A stretch of DNA of 64,000 bases, taken from Botryllus schlosseri. Lineage: Eukaryota. Positions 12,994 to 26,880 of the stretch are shown here, in pieces. The stretch's first letter is position 1, and every line of letters begins with the position of its first letter. Under the pieces are notes generated by a model. That model had not been told where the DNA came from, searched no databases, and saw only the letters and a list, made by a program, of their open reading frames with translations. Position numbers and translations under genes: made by a program. Where the stretch lies: NCBI GenBank assembly GCA_051294905.1, contig CM119371.1:23190001-23254000 (forward strand), written 5' to 3'.

Positions 12994-14133
12994 CAGCATA
13001 CCTGGAGTCAACCGCCATGCGCCTACGCCCTACACACCTACAGAGATTACTAACTAGTTCAAATCAATAACGATTTGTAAAGGCAACGCTATCTAGTCAT
13101 CAGTGCAGCAAATATGCGGTTATATTTCAGCCTGGCGATTGATGACAACTGTTATTATTAGACCGCAACGTTCTTTCTCGTCGACTCGTCTGCAAATGAC
13201 AATCGAACAGCCAACGATCTTGATCTGTTCATGTTTCATTCTAGGAAGAGTGATGATATCATTACATAAACTTACAAACACCATTCCTCGCAACACTTCA
13301 AAACGATAAAATGCCACACCTGTGATATTTTACTGAACGATGTTCAAATTCTGATCGTCGCAAGATCTGCCACATTCGAATAACGGCGATGCTCATTCAT
13401 CTTGCGACGTGATTGTGATTAGCATGTATTTTGGCGCATTGCGATATGCGTTCCACTGTCTTTTTGGATGCGGTCATCCTTGAGCACGATACATCCATGT
13501 CGTTTTCAATGTGTCTGATGTCGTTCTCTGCAACGTAATATTGTGAGTATACTTTTTGTGCAGTTGGCAGAATGAAATCAATATACGTGACATGCTCTAT
13601 CTTTACACTAGCGCTTTTTGGACCGTTTACAATACGTCCCCAAGTATCAAGCGCGCCTTACCCCTCCATCCCCGACAAAAAGTTGTTTCGTTTTGTTTCA
13701 AAAACGAACCATGCAGGCAATCAAAGCCATTTTCGTTTGGATCCAATCAGACATGGGGTAATCGCAATTAGTAATCGTAATCGATTACGACGATTACAGC
13801 ATTTTCAAGTAATCGTAATCGCAATCGATTACATTCGAAAAAAATCCAAAGTAATCGTAATCGTAATCGACTACTTCACATATCTAATCGATTTCTTGGT
13901 GAGAGAACGATTACTTTTTATTTGTACAATGAATATGACATAACCGAACATTCGTGAGCAAGGAAGAGATATTATACCAGGTTATTGGTAGCGCAAACGG
14001 GTGATTGTCAAACACCACTGCTCATTATTACGTCAGAAGTATTAGCTTTGCTCGCCCTTGCGTAACAAGTATCCACGCGTAGTAAATATATATTCGTTTT
14101 ACATTGTTTTGTGATTGTTAGAACAGTGTAAGC

Positions 14134-15685
14134 CAGTGGTTCTTAACCTTTTTTCTTCCAGCGCCCCCTTTCAAAAATTATCGTGCTCCAGCGCCCCCCC
14201 CCCCCCCCCACTTCATATTGTAAGGAATGTAATAAAGACAATGAGTAAGAGGGAGGGCCGTAACAGCACTTCGTTAACCCCCCTAAAAACGATTGCCTTG
14301 CGCACCCATAGCGTGATAAACCGAACTTCTGAGGGCTTCGCCCCCACGAACCCCATATCGTGATTTTGATGGTCAGCAAAGTTTGTGTGGCCTGGTCGCC
14401 CTAAGTACCAAAATTTTCCGTAATGCATGAATGAATAGGTGGTAATTACATATATAAGTCGCTATATAAACTTTTTATCCTCTCAGCCCACGTAATCAGA
14501 TTTACCAGTAGCACTGAGTGAGCTGTTGAATAGGAAAATAAAGGGCACGTAATTATTAATTAAACATATTCGGGCGTGCCCGCAAGTACAATTATTCGTT
14601 ACCAGGGCCGTAACAGCACTTCGTCAGCCCCCCCCCCCAAACTAAAAACGTTGGTCCTGGGCCCCATCGGGTGATAAACCAAACTTCCGGGGGACTTCAC
14701 TCCCAGACCCCCATTAGGCTGTCCGCTATTTGCTGATAGCCTATTAGGTATCTACATTGGGTGTCCATTTACTGAGGCAGCTATTCTCGTCTATTCGCGC
14801 GAAGTGCGAAAAAATTCACTAATTAATGATTGAATTGGTCAATATCACCGGGAATTGCATGTAAATTGAGATCAATTTTTATCCTCTCTCTGCTCACGTA
14901 AACGCATTTACCGGTAGAGCTGAGTGAGGTGCAATGTTCCCTCTAAGCTGCGCACGTGCGCAGTACTGACACGGTCTCTGCACACAGAAAATCTACGTTG
15001 CGCACAACAAATCCGGAGCTATTACCTTTTTTGCATCGTTACGCACTGTTGTCCAAGGGTCAGCGCAGTGAGTCGTTGAGTGTGCGCAGACTAATCAAAA
15101 CTTAAAGCGAACATTGTGAGGTTTCTTGGAAACTGTAGGGCCCGTTACTAATAATTAAACATATTCGGGCGGGCGAACCCGTTGGTATGACTTCGTTGCA
15201 TAATGTTATTTCCTGACCCCCTGTCTGCAATATCAAAAAATATAGAATCGCTCAACGGGGATATCGCCCAGCAGGAATATCCCTGTCGCCCAATCGTACT
15301 AAACTAAAAGACGCACACGATTTCAGGTTGATATTTCTTTACTGACATATAATTTTTCCCTGCCAGATGGAATTCGTCTTCTGGGGTTCTGATTGCCAAG
15401 ACAGGAACATTCGGTGTCAGTCATTTAGGCGCCCATGGACAATTAAACCTATATGTATTTTGAAGGCTATATGTAACGACGTTTTCGGTGTTAATTTGCT
15501 CTGAATACTCATTAAGGATATGTCCTATCACCACATCATCTACTGCGAAGCCATTTTTCTCCAGCGCCCCCCATACCGCCCCCCTGAGCCCAGCGCCCCC
15601 CATATCGCCCCCTGAGCGTTTCCGCCCCCCTTCAAGATCGCCAGCGCCCCCTGGGGGGCGCTGGTGGCAAGGTTAAGAACCACTG
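14134..15685. mobile_element. hAT (Buster-type) non-autonomous element, nested
   Basis: TIRs CAGTGGTTCTTAACC..GGTTAAGAACCACTG; perfect TSD GTGTAAGC; GCGCCCC repeats; internal duplications (AGGGCCGTAACAGCACTTCGT at ~14254 and ~14603). Confidence 0.9.
14932..15116. mobile_element. Small MITE nested in 14134-15685
   Basis: CAATGTTCCCTCTAAG...CTTAAAGCGAACATTG termini; TGAGGT present on both flanks. Confidence 0.65.
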
Positions 15686-15802
15686 GTGTAAGCCATGCTG
15701 TATATCAGGTTTTCAATACACACCACACGCCACTACCTCGCCGTAAGATAATAATCACGACTCCGCCTAGTTTCAAATAATAATTTATGTATTGCTGTTT
15801 GG

Positions 15803-16240
15803 TAGGCTTACCATATTTTGGAAATGTAAAAAGAGGACACTTTTTCAGAAATTTCAGACATGCCAAACTGGAGAAGAATTCTCAAAAACCGGTAAATTTT
15901 TCCCACTTCGTGATCGGTTGACTAAAAAAAAAAAAAAAGGTCATCACTTCCGCTCAGATCTCAAAATAACGTTTTACTCTCTACATTGCCAGGTGGATGA
16001 CTAAAAAAAAAGGTCTTCTTTTCGCTCAGGGCTTAAATCACCACTTTTCCCTCCGAAATACCCGCCGGAGCTTCACTTCTGCGCTAATTTACGGCATATC
16101 ACTCGTGATTTCCTCTAAATCTGACCTAAATTTTCAAAAAAGAGGACAAAATCTCAAAAAAGAGGACAAAAGGGCGTCCTCCGAGGACACTTTCAAAAAA
16201 GAGGACAAATCCTCCTAAAAGTGGACGTATGGTAAGCCTA
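15803..16240. mobile_element. hAT MITE (TAGGCTTACCAT TIR, AGAGGAC repeats), nested
   Basis: TIRs TAGGCTTACCATA..TATGGTAAGCCTA; perfect TSD CTGTTTGG; related ends at 36734, 45652, 45923-46266 and ~53742. Confidence 0.9.
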
Positions 16241-16675
16241 CTGTTTGGTGATGTTTCGTTAAACGCAGTTTGACCGTTGCTGGTTGGCGAGCAGCAGGCC
16301 CATCTATGTAGTATACGTATGTATTGTACGCACACCGGACCAAGATTTGAAATTTTGTACTCGTCAAATAAAGCATTACGACGGTTAAAACCAACAGCTG
16401 CTGATATGTATCGTAACTGAGACGTTCTTTGCCGTTTCTCGTAACGGCAGCCAGCAGTATCTGTATTAAGTGATGGTAGAATTTCGAGTTCACTTTATTT
16501 TATTCTCATATGACTCTACTTGAAACGGGCGCCAATCGTTATTTCACAATTCTTCACTCGACATTTATACCTGTCGCCATAATAGCCATCCGGTTATACA
16601 CTATGTTAGCGTGGGTTGTAGGTACAATCAGGACCAAAATAGCAATTCGTCCTCCACTCCAAACGTTGGTATTGG

Positions 16676-17220
16676 TAGGGTTGTAACCAAGTCACAATGT
16701 CAATCTCACTTTTATAGTTTTGACTCGAGTCAAGTCAAGTCATTTTCAATCCACCCCCGAGTCAAGTCCGAGTCCAAGTCAGCTAGCATAGGTTCTAGTC
16801 CGAGCCATAGTGTTTGAGTCCGAGTCCAAGTCGTTATGTTCACAGATCAGTTTTCAGGTCAATCCGATTTAACCCACTTTTTTCAACTCTGCTCGAGTGA
16901 TATAGAATGGCTCGCATCCATAATATAGTAATCTTCATCAGTTTTCACAGTTTACGGCCCTATATTTCCAAGTATCAGAACTGAGAGACGAAATACAAAT
17001 AATGTGGTAACTTTACTATTCTTCGAAGTTACATGGAATGTCTGTCTTGGCCATTCTAGTATCGAGTCATATGACTTGGTTCGATTCATGCAAAATGAAT
17101 CGAGGACATGCCGAGTCAATACAAAAACTGACTCGAGACGAGTCAATTTACGCATTTGAAAATATGACTTAAGTAAAGTCTAGTCACCAAGAAATCGTGA
17201 CTCGAGTCATTACAACCCTT
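16676..17220. mobile_element. hAT MITE (GACTCGAGTC family), nested
   Basis: TAGGGTTGTAA..TTACAACCCTT termini; perfect TSD GGTATTGG; a shorter relative of 49510-51201. Confidence 0.88.
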
Positions 17221-19450
17221 GGTATTGGGGCCCCATAGGATGGTCAGTTTTCAAGCTGATGACTTAATTTCGTCAATAATATTGGTAATTGCATTATATT
17301 GCTATTCATTCAGATTTACCGGTAGAGCTGGGGCACGTAATTCATAACTATAGCACCTGGTATGTTGTTATAATTACTTTATTGTATGTTGTTAATCCGT
17401 GACCTCCCGTCTTTTATATAATCAAAAGATACTGTAGTTGCCCAAACGTAGCAGATTTTTAAAAAAACATTCTTGAGACGCACACTCAAATTCTTATGTA
17501 TTCACTCATCTGTGAGTGTCCCGGTTGGCATTTGCATTGTTGGGGCTCAGATTGGAAGGACCCGACTATTCGTCACGCCCACAGAGCGCGGCTACTGACA
17601 CCGAAATGCCTATTCCTATAAATTATGCAGGCTTTTTTCATGAGGGGGAGAGGTATATATTTCAAAATCAAGCTATTTATAGACATTATATCCCGAAGCT
17701 CGAAGAAAGTTTTCAAGTTAATAAACTCTCTTGAAAATACTCTAAATTAATTTATGTTGATTTACGAAATACTTTTGAGTCCCCTTAGAGCTCGCTTCCG
17801 GTCCTATTGGGGAGTTTGGGGTGTTGCAGTTACGGACCTGACAAGAATGCAAATCGTTGGGTGCGACGAATAGTCCTGCATAGAGTTGGGCGCAAAAGGT
17901 GCATTATGACGTAACAAGCAAATGACGTATGATATATAAAGAAAGTTGTTATCTCATTTGACCTTTTCATCGCAAGCCTTATAATGTCTTCCAATATGTC
18001 TTCTGAAGTTAGTTCTCTGAGAAGCAAAACAAATGTAATCGTGAGTAATCGTGATTACTTTTGAAATGTAATCGTAATCGTAATCGACTACTTCCTGATT
18101 TTGCTGTAATCGTAATCGTAATCGTAATCGCGGGATTCACAAGTAATCGTAATCGCAATCGATTACATTCATGAAGTAATCACCCCATGTCTGGATCCAA
18201 TTAACAAGCAACACCATACATGATATTGCGGTGATAAATCTTGACGAAATTTCTGGACAGATGAAATGAAGAATAAAATGTATTTATCCCAATTTCACTT
18301 TCCAAGCCATCGTACTTCGATGAGCAGTTAAAACTAGCTTACCCATCTTTCGTCTACAGGCGTATTTGCGAACTTCATCTCAGATAACAACGCGAAATGA
18401 CCAATGACACCACAAAGGAATGGAATTTACGACAAAGGTCACCGTGGTACAGGGACTAATACTTCCCGTTTTTGCAACAATTCCACTCATCAAGTTGATG
18501 CAAGCAGAGCTTAAGATAGGTATCACTTCAAAATCAAATTTTCTACAAGTAAGTAAGTGTTTCAGACATAGAAACAATCAAGTAGAAGTGAAAAAAACAA
18601 TCCAAAATATAATTACTTTAGTAGGTGTGCAAGTAGGACAACTTTACTCGCGTATCCCAAAATAGTAGATGACATTGACCAGTCCTGCAGTACACAATGT
18701 AAGTCTTACCCGTGTCGATGAATGACGTCACAACGCGACCGTTGTAGGGTTGCCTCGGTCCGAAGTTTCATCCTCTTATTGTGTCCAAGCAATTTTCATA
18801 ATCGATACACCCGTTGTCGTGTTTAGTCGCGAACGATTTGATTTGTTCAAATGCGCTCAGTTAAAAACGTGGTATTTACATGTTCAAGTCACTGGTCTGC
18901 AACGCGGTCCCCGCAGACGACAGATTACCCGCTGTCGCACTCTCACCGACAGCGTAATAAATCTGGGCAGCTCCGCTGTGTCTTACTTTACTTCAAGACA
19001 TGCCAAAAGATTATTATTCACTACCGCGTTTCCCTTCAGTCTATATTTCATGTAAACAGTTCGTAGCGACTAATCTAGGGGTAAATTAAATCAAAAAGGT
19101 TCGAAAGCATTGATATAGTATACCTTAATGGCCGTTGTTGACCAGTGATCCGCCGGTTAATGATTGCTCGCAGCCATTCAGCCGCAACATTGTAAGCGAT
19201 GTATCGACCAGTACATCTTCCGTTACAATATCAATTGGCGACTGATGTTTTCCTCCGCACTGAGGATAATCGAGTTACCATTCAGAAGGATTTACTGAAA
19301 TGCAAAACAATAGATGAGGAATTTTGCACGCATATATCAATTATGCGGACTCGCGCTCTTCGCCATGATAGCCCCATTCGCTGCAGATTGCAAGTTGCAG
19401 AAAGAGAACTGAAACTGAGACGTGCTCACAAATTATAATGAAGAATATAG

Positions 19451-19878
19451 TAGCGCGGAGCATGAACCGCAGACGCAATGGATATCCGGCCGGATTTTTT
19501 CAATTTTGGCTAGAGCCGGATCGGAGCCGGATCAGTGCTTTTTCTGATACGGCCGGATCCGGATCGGAGCCGATCAGTAATCTTTTGATTCGACTAGAAT
19601 CTTTGTTGATACGCATGGCTTTTATAACTAAATAGCTACCAATCAACCACATGCAAGCCACCGTCAAGCCAGTGCGAACATAAGCAAGTCATATTTAGAA
19701 AATGACGGAGAGCATGGAACAGAGCCGGATTGGATATCCGGCCGGACTTTTTCATTTTTTCGCCGGAGTCAGATTGAAGCCGGATCAGTAATTTTCATGA
19801 TACGGTCGGAGCCGCACCACGGAATTGAAAAACAGGATCGGAGTCGTACCAGAGAATTTGTCGATCTGCTCCGCACGA
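19451..19878. mobile_element. hAT-like MITE with CCGGAT/CGGAGC repeats
   Basis: Imperfect TIRs TAGCGCGGAGCA..TGCTCCGCACGA; TSD GAATATAG (19443-19450, 19879-19886). Confidence 0.75.
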
Positions 19879-22800
19879 GAATATAGACATGGTGATGATG
19901 ACAAAAGAGGTGGAGCACTATATGAATACTTGAAAAAGTACGGTAAGTCATTGTGTCCTTGTACAGAGCTGCCTATAAAATGGGCTTAAATTTCAAATAT
20001 GTATTTTCATGACATTAAAGAGAATCGGATTATGACATTTAATGAAACAGCCAATATACCATTTGCATTTGTTTATCTCAAACCATATTATATTTTAGAA
20101 ACGAATTTAATTAAGTCAAGTACGATCGCAGACTATTGCGAGAAGAACCTGAGTTGTGACAAACTTGCACTTTCACGCACCGAAAACGACCATACCGAAT
20201 AAACTATACTAGATCTTTGCCTGTGAGTTAATTAGTCACACCCTAATATACACAATGCAGAACCTAATAAAATAAACAGTTGTACATCATTTCATCTTCC
20301 TTAGTTCTTTAGGTTATCCTCAGATCGAAGGGGTTCGACAATGTACGGTAGATAGGGCTATTTGCTGTGTCATTCGCATGGGAATTACATCTCGTTGCAG
20401 ACGAATGATTCACTCTAGCGGTAAAATTGATGCTCAAAGCAGATCCAGAAAAGACTTAGGCCTAAATAAACATATAAGAACGAAATAGCGAGCTAATATC
20501 AGTATAAACTTGCCTCGCAACAGGACAGCGCTCCAAACACCTTTATTAGCATACATTTTGGTTATCTGAGCTATGAGAGATGAACAACATTATCATGTAA
20601 TTAACATCAATTACATTTGCTGAATACGATTGAAGTTGATCTCATGAATCAATCACCATGCTGAGCTGAGTAATGGAAGTAGTATGATAATATGGAAGAA
20701 GTAGTATGACGTAGCCAGTTCTGTCTGAGGCTATCTTATATTCAAAATATATATAGACTATTAATCAACAAGCTGATATCGGAATACGAGATAATACCTC
20801 CTACATGTTGACTTCGCAGACCTCGGTAAAGTAACTAAGATACACTTATTGAAAATTCCGATATTATCGAAGACAGCGGAAATAGGCAAAGCACTAGTGG
20901 AATATTGTGACGGAAGCGAAAGCATTGTTTCAGTCCGGATAAACCAATATTGACAAATCGTACGATCGATTACAACACTCAATATTAACGCATGCAAACA
21001 GTTAATGCACTCGTTCTTAACCAGGATTTGACGATGGTTTTCAGAGGTGAGATGCGAACTTTCTCAGACGCATTAGCACAAGCCCCACTGCATTGGCAAA
21101 TATTGTTAGAAATTATTGGCCAGTCGTAATTTAATTGCGTGATATCTAATAAAGATCTGTGCATTTACAGCGTGATGTGATGATGCACGAAAAGCAGAAT
21201 GCGAAAACATTTATTATTTCGTAACGCCATAAAAAATCGCAAGCATGGCCTTGATTTCACAAAACGCGAATTTCCTCGCATTTGTCTCTCGTGTGGAAAG
21301 GCGGAAGTGTCAATGATACTTGCTGTTGTTTGTAAAAATAATAGACTATAATATTATAGTAGGTGTAAAGTTTCCGTCATGATTCAAAGCACGAGAACCT
21401 TATCCTAATTTATTTTTAGTTTGCTAAACTGGGGCGTATAGCGAGGATATGATGCGGAACATAACCAGTATGATACATCACCCCAGATGTGGTGGTAGCG
21501 ATGGTAAATAAAATGTCACGATCTTCCCATGTCTAGAAGTAGCCCATGTAATTCCGATACAACGATTATTGCCAATGTTGCAGAAGTTCAGCTGCATGAG
21601 ACACTATATTCATTTCAAGACTTATAGTTTCCTGGACAAAGGCAATATCTGGCTGGGTTACGTCTACCATTTGCAGGCGATACCTCATCAGCAGATTTCA
21701 ATTATTCATACGTGAATGACAAAGCGACTACCGCGCGCAGCTGCTGATGTCACGATACTAATGGAAGTGGTTTCGAATGCCGTTTCAAACCGCCCTCCAC
21801 GTGTCCGAGGTGTCTCTGGGCCCCTCCTGTCCCACCTCACTGTTACTGGCGTGCATTGAAAATCCCAGAATAAAGGGCAATGAGCTGTGGAAAGACTGAG
21901 AAAATGAGTGAAAGTCCTCCATAAAAAAAATAAAGTCGAAGGCAGTATAAACACTACGAAATTAATGTCTTTTTGAACAAGGCTTAAAAAGGCGCCACTG
22001 TGCAGTGCCAATTTAAAATAAAAATATTCAACAAATTTCAAACGTTTTACGGCAACACATGGAACATTGTACTCTTATTAGAAAACCTAAATTTGACTTA
22101 AGGATATAAGATGTATATTTCGTGTCATTTTTGGCATTATATTGTTGTTCGTGTATATTGTACAATCACCTGGCTCTCAAAGCTATCAAACAAGGCGAAT
22201 TGACAAAAAGAAGGACATAACGGCGTCCTCGTAGGACATTTTCGATTTCTAGAAAAGACGACAACAAATCCTGAAGTGGGACGTACTGTGACCCTTCCAC
22301 AATGAAGTGTACCAGTACAGAGTTCTTAACGAAGAATAAATTCAGAGATCGATGTACGTTGTTTCTGGCATCACCAGAATCGGTTGACTCAATGCGCCCA
22401 CACTATTTCAAATTTTAATCGACCGACGATGCTTCAAACGCCGTCGGGACTAAGCATAGTGTAATTACTTCTTTTTTGTTGGCCATTTTGACTCTTTGAT
22501 GATCAATAGAGAGATACTGCAGTTACCGTGCTATATAACACTATGAACGCAAATCCCATATTTCTTCGATTTTCAGCATCATAACGAAGAGTGCAAATAA
22601 CAGGCGAAAACGAGTTAAATACTATGATTTTGATGGAGAGATCCCGGGAACCGTGTTCAACTCATTGTTCAACTCATAGCCATGACTGGCTTGTTGGTAG
22701 AATGCCTAGCAATGTCTATGAGATGGCGTTACAGATATAGTCTGACATTAACACATAACGACGTCCAGTTGTTACACATCCATAGTTTGATGCTGGTGTG

Positions 22801-23197
22801 ATAAGACTAGATGACCTTCACGGTCTTAATCGATCATTCCTATCTAATACCGAATACTGTGCATGCATATTTTCTGTACCACCATCACTGCCGTGCGTTA
22901 TATATTTTGGTTTGATGAAAATAAAGACTCTCTTTCTCTCTCTATCTGACAGGAAAGCGATAGAGCACCACTACGTCGTTGGTTGCACATATAAAACGGC
23001 TGTACCTGGCAAAATGACACAAGCGACTTTACCCTGATCAATAAAACATTTTATTACATAAAATATTTCGAGATGATGATATCAAGATATTCCCAGAGAT
23101 TGTGCGTATACAGATTTACTAGCCTTTGCATTGTTGAATCATTCAGATCATCCTCATCGAAGCAACGAAGATAATTCCTGACAGCAGTGAACTGACA

Positions 23198-24292
23198 TCA
23201 ATGACGCATGTCGAGAATAATGCTAACAAGTAAAGCAAAATTACCAACAAAACTCGTCGACGCAACTGCGGCGTGATTCCGGAAAACCTCGGACAGATAT
23301 TCCAAGTACTGCTCGTCATAGGTGAGGGCTGAAGACCCCCTCACGATAAGTAACTGAATAATACCAAAGAGCAATATCTTTCCGATACCCACCCACGTAA
23401 GATCGCAGGGCAGGCATGGCGTGAAACAGCAGTAAATAGCCAGCATGCTACGGTTCGTCAAATTCCGAAACCAGTGACCAAAACAATCGGAATTCTCGTG
23501 TTCTTCCAATCCGTAGTTTACGCAGAGGAGCAAAAAGATATAGAATATGAACACCAGCAGAGCGCACCACTCTACCAACACGGAAAGACTTACGATAAAG
23601 AGGAGTCTTGCCATGAGAAAACCAGCCCTGCACACGCATGTTATGCATCTCTGGGTGTACATAATTGGAACCGGCCTTGATATCGCATACGCTTCGTACG
23701 GCAACTGCAGGGCGACGATTACGGACAAGAACGACAGTAGAGGCGACAAAATACGAACCACGTCATCGCTTTCTTGCGATGCAAGCTTCAAAGGGAAAGC
23801 GTACATGTTAAGCAAAAGGTGCGGTACAGATTCATGAAATCCTTGATATACTTTTGCAATAATCAATTCCTGGTTACTCAAGTCGTTACGGGCAACCGAT
23901 CGGTCTTCCACAGAACTGGATGAATAACACACAACAGTGGAAAACAACAACGCGCCAATACTCCATAACGTTATCATTCCCCCGAAAGACAGAGTCATCA
24001 ATGCTAAAACCGCGACCGTACGCCCGTTCTGAATATCCTCCCTTTTCCAGTACTGTACAGTGCAATAGATATCAGTTCCGGTGTCCAATATCATGAGTAT
24101 ATGCGTGAGCCAGAAAATAACCGGATGCAGGATAGCCGGCGGTGCCTGAGGCGGCGGTGCCCGAGGCGGCGGTGCCTGAGGCGGCGGTGCCTGAGGCAGC
24201 GGTACGTTGTCCGTCTCAATTCGATTTTCGGCGTTTGTCGTTTGCTTTCTCAGGTTTTTCTTGTTTAAAAAGCGCCTGCGTGACTTCACCAT
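23198..24292 (-). CDS. XK-related (Xkr/CED-8 family) multi-pass membrane protein, paralogue 1; 364 aa with a basic, Pro-rich N-terminus
   Basis: Uninterrupted ORF with many hydrophobic segments. XK-type motifs ILDTGTDIYCTVQYW (TM1 D-x3-D) and QGFHESVPHLLLNMY (cf. ESxPQLxLQLY). Start placed at ATG 24292 (MVKSRRR) rather than the upstream TTG. AATAAA on the minus strand at 23050-23055. Confidence 0.8.
   Translation of the reverse strand: MVKSRRRFLNKKNLRKQTTNAENRIETDNVPLPQAPPPQAPPPRAPPPQAPPAILHPVIFWLTHILMILDTGTDIYCTVQYWKREDIQNGRTVAVLALMTLSFGGMITLWSIGALLFSTVVCYSSSSVEDRSVARNDLSNQELIIAKVYQGFHESVPHLLLNMYAFPLKLASQESDDVVRILSPLLSFLSVIVALQLPYEAYAISRPVPIMYTQRCITCVCRAGFLMARLLFIVSLSVLVEWCALLVFIFYIFLLLCVNYGLEEHENSDCFGHWFRNLTNRSMLAIYCCFTPCLPCDLTWVGIGKILLFGIIQLLIVRGSSALTYDEQYLEYLSEVFRNHAAVASTSFVGNFALLVSIILDMRH
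24138..24197 (-). repeat. Coding 15-bp minisatellite, 4 units, encoding (P[Q/R]APP)4
   Basis: GGCGGTGCC[T/C]GAGGC x4 on the + strand. Confidence 0.95.
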
Positions 24293-25082
24293 GCTTAAAA
24301 TCAGTAACTGACTTAAAAACAAATCTGTGCACAGTATCGTCAAATGTAAAGGTTCAGTTCTCATCCAGCAACATACACTGTGTTGTATACCATATTTACG
24401 TAAGAATAATAGGTGCAATTAGATCTCCACTATGGCATAGGGCAGCCCTGGGCAAAGTGCGGCCCGCGAAAGGTTGCTTGGAACTCAAAACATGAAACGT
24501 GCTTTTGAATGTTGATGCGTCGACGTAAACCATGGGCTGCATCAACTGAACAGGAAATCCGTTTACTTTGAAGCCTTTTCATTAACATGCCACGATTGCG
24601 CAGCCATATAGTTTACTTCAAACCTTATTTGTTGCAATTGTCACGTTACGCCTTATACGCTTCGTGTTTGAAATTGCTACGTGATACATTTCGAAATCCC
24701 TAATTAACGAAACATCGCTAATTCGCGAAACAAGTCAATCAGTGATCGCGATTACTATACGTGTCATCACATCTATGACCCATGAAGGATGAACGGGCAT
24801 TTCGAAGAAGGTTTAGAGCACTAAATATTTGTATACCGAGTCAGGGGCAAACCCGTCCTTTTATTTGTTTGTGCCGAGCAGGTAGCCGATATTGATGATT
24901 TCAATTATAGACGGTCTTATGACAAAAACACGAAGACAGACACTCGGTCAAGGTGTTGCGAATTTCACAAAAACTACAAGATTCGTTCAACATCAAGGCT
25001 ATATCAACAAGCTGCATCATGCGCGGAAAGCAGCGACCAAGACAATCAATTAACTTTGTACTATCCTATACACATTTTAGTA

Positions 25083-25368
25083 CATTGTTTCTCAAACTGG
25101 AGGCGTGAAAACATCTGAAAGAGGTGCGAAACCGCAGTTGAATGAAGATTTACTTCGTGGTTGTGGCTCTGTGTATTGTCTGACTAGGATCTTTCGGAAT
25201 TTTCTCATCAAGAGCCATACCCTCCATGCCATCAAATTATCCGTTGGAATTGCTAGCATTACGGTTCCTCTTTCTAATATTACATATTATCACAATAAGG
25301 GCGCTCGACAGTTTTCACTGTCACAACGGTGGGGGCGGGGCGTGCCTAAAAAAGTTCGAAAACCACCG
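25083..25368. mobile_element. Old hAT-like MITE; relative at ~37818-38131
   Basis: CATTGTTTCTCAAACT..AAGTTCGAAAACCACCG termini. Shares CCTCCATGCC..TATCCG..TGCTAGCAT and GGGGCGTG..AAAAAAGTT with the ~38000-38130 region. No TSD. Confidence 0.5.
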
Positions 25369-26008
25369 GTTAGGGACCAGGAGATGTGTTTAATGAGATT
25401 TAAAATTTATGACGATCAACATTGTTTCGAATCATAACAGTAAATAGATATATTTTTTAAATTTTTTTAATCAACAGTCACGTTCTGATTATTAACACCA
25501 ATACATTCACTGCGATTCATTTAATAACAAGGTAATTCAGAAATAAAATTGAAATACGCTGGAGAATACTCGGCCCGTCAACGTGTTTTTTACTTCTCAT
25601 TTGACCCGCAGAGAAAAACAATTGCCCACCCCTTGCATAGGGTGTACAAAAGGTCATGGGCATTCTAAGGGACCACAATTTACTGTCACGGCCATTAAAA
25701 ACGAGGCACATACATCAATCATAATAGCAGTTGTATTCAACCGCTGTGTTGATCGGAGTGCTTAAGCCTGAAGGTGTAGCGATACAATGAAATTACTTCC
25801 TGAGCAGCACTCGAGAAGCGTATGATTATTGAAAAAAAGATATCGCCGTCGTCATTGATACCGTGATATTGATGGATGAATGTGAGCGATAGCTTTTTAA
25901 TCAATATCATCATCATCATGTATGGCAGAATGGTTGGTATAGGCTGCCTACCTTTTTTTAGTTATCAGCTTCACAAACCTCGCACTTCTAGTAATCGATA
26001 TTCTAGAA

Positions 26009-26880
26009 CAGGGGTGGGCAAACTTTTGAGCTCGCGGGCCGCATTCAACATCTGAATCCATTCGCGGGCCGCACTATATAAAATTGAGATCATAAACCAA
26101 AACGCAATATTGCTGGTATTTGATTATATAGTGAGGACATGGAGATAATATATATGCTTATTTGAAACAAACCTATATGCTATGATGATATCGTGCACGC
26201 GCCAGAAACAATGGCGAGATTTCATAGGCTGGTCGACCTCAATAACCAATTTGTCAAAACTATAGAGATGAAAGTCTGTTGTCCCGATTCTTAGAACAGG
26301 ATTGAAATTTAAATCTGTGAGCAGTGATCAGTTCATAGATTTAGTAATTCGGCTTTGGGCTCAGTTCCAGGACACACAATGCTAACAGCATCATAACCAT
26401 GTTAGCTTGAAACACGCTTCTACTATATGTGTAGATTTCGCGCCCCCTTATATTCATATCACAAAACGCAACCAGGATGCCATAGCAAACCAAACGGATA
26501 GTTTGGTGGCGTGGGAGGTTACGACTATTGATGAGAGATTTTTAAATATGAAATTCATACTAAATACAGAGCAATAATTATGAATTGGAAGTAAATCGCG
26601 CGAAGCGCGAAAAAATCTTCAGCTGATCTCAGCTTCGCGATCCCCTTCAGATGCTTTCATGACCCCAAGGGGCACGCGTCCCCCAGGTTGAGACCCACTG
26701 CCCTAGAATATCATGGTGAAACACTTTTTCTTAGTATATTTCACCAAGTCCCTGCATTAATTCGATTTTTAGTACGCATTTTATCAATATTTTTATTAAG
26801 TTTCTTTAGACTCTCGCGGGCCGCACAGAACGGTGTTGCGGGCCGCATGCGGCCCGCGGGCCGTAGTTTGCCCACCCCTG
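26009..26880. mobile_element. hAT (Buster/Charlie-type) non-autonomous element with a transposase C-terminal remnant
   Basis: TIRs CAGGGGTGGGCAAAC..GTTTGCCCACCCCTG; perfect TSD TTCTAGAA. The minus strand at ~26238-26345 reads TKSMN*SLLTDLNFNPVLRIGTTDF..FDKLV. A second copy starts at ~63910. Confidence 0.9.

Larger units (their letters stand above)
13748..18193 (+). mobile_element. Non-autonomous hAT element (CAGACATGGGG TIR, GTAATC repeats), copy 1, hosting nested MITEs
   Basis: TIRs CAGACATGGGG..CCCCATGTCTG; perfect TSD GATCCAAT (13740-13747, 18194-18201); an inverted sister copy lies at 29323-34008. Confidence 0.9.

Noticed and set aside
20700..21200. Possible decayed fifth XK-like paralogue (hydrophobic minus-strand fragments such as AFASVTIFH*CF)
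   Set aside because: Multiple stops and no convincing colinear motifs by eye. A tBLASTn search with the four proteins would settle it.
24293..24418. N-terminal 42 aa of the 406-aa ORF call, and the GTG-start extension of paralogue 2
   Set aside because: These rely on non-ATG starts from a prokaryote-style ORF caller. An acceptor-like AG precedes ATG 24292. An in-frame ATG at ~24364 cannot be fully excluded.
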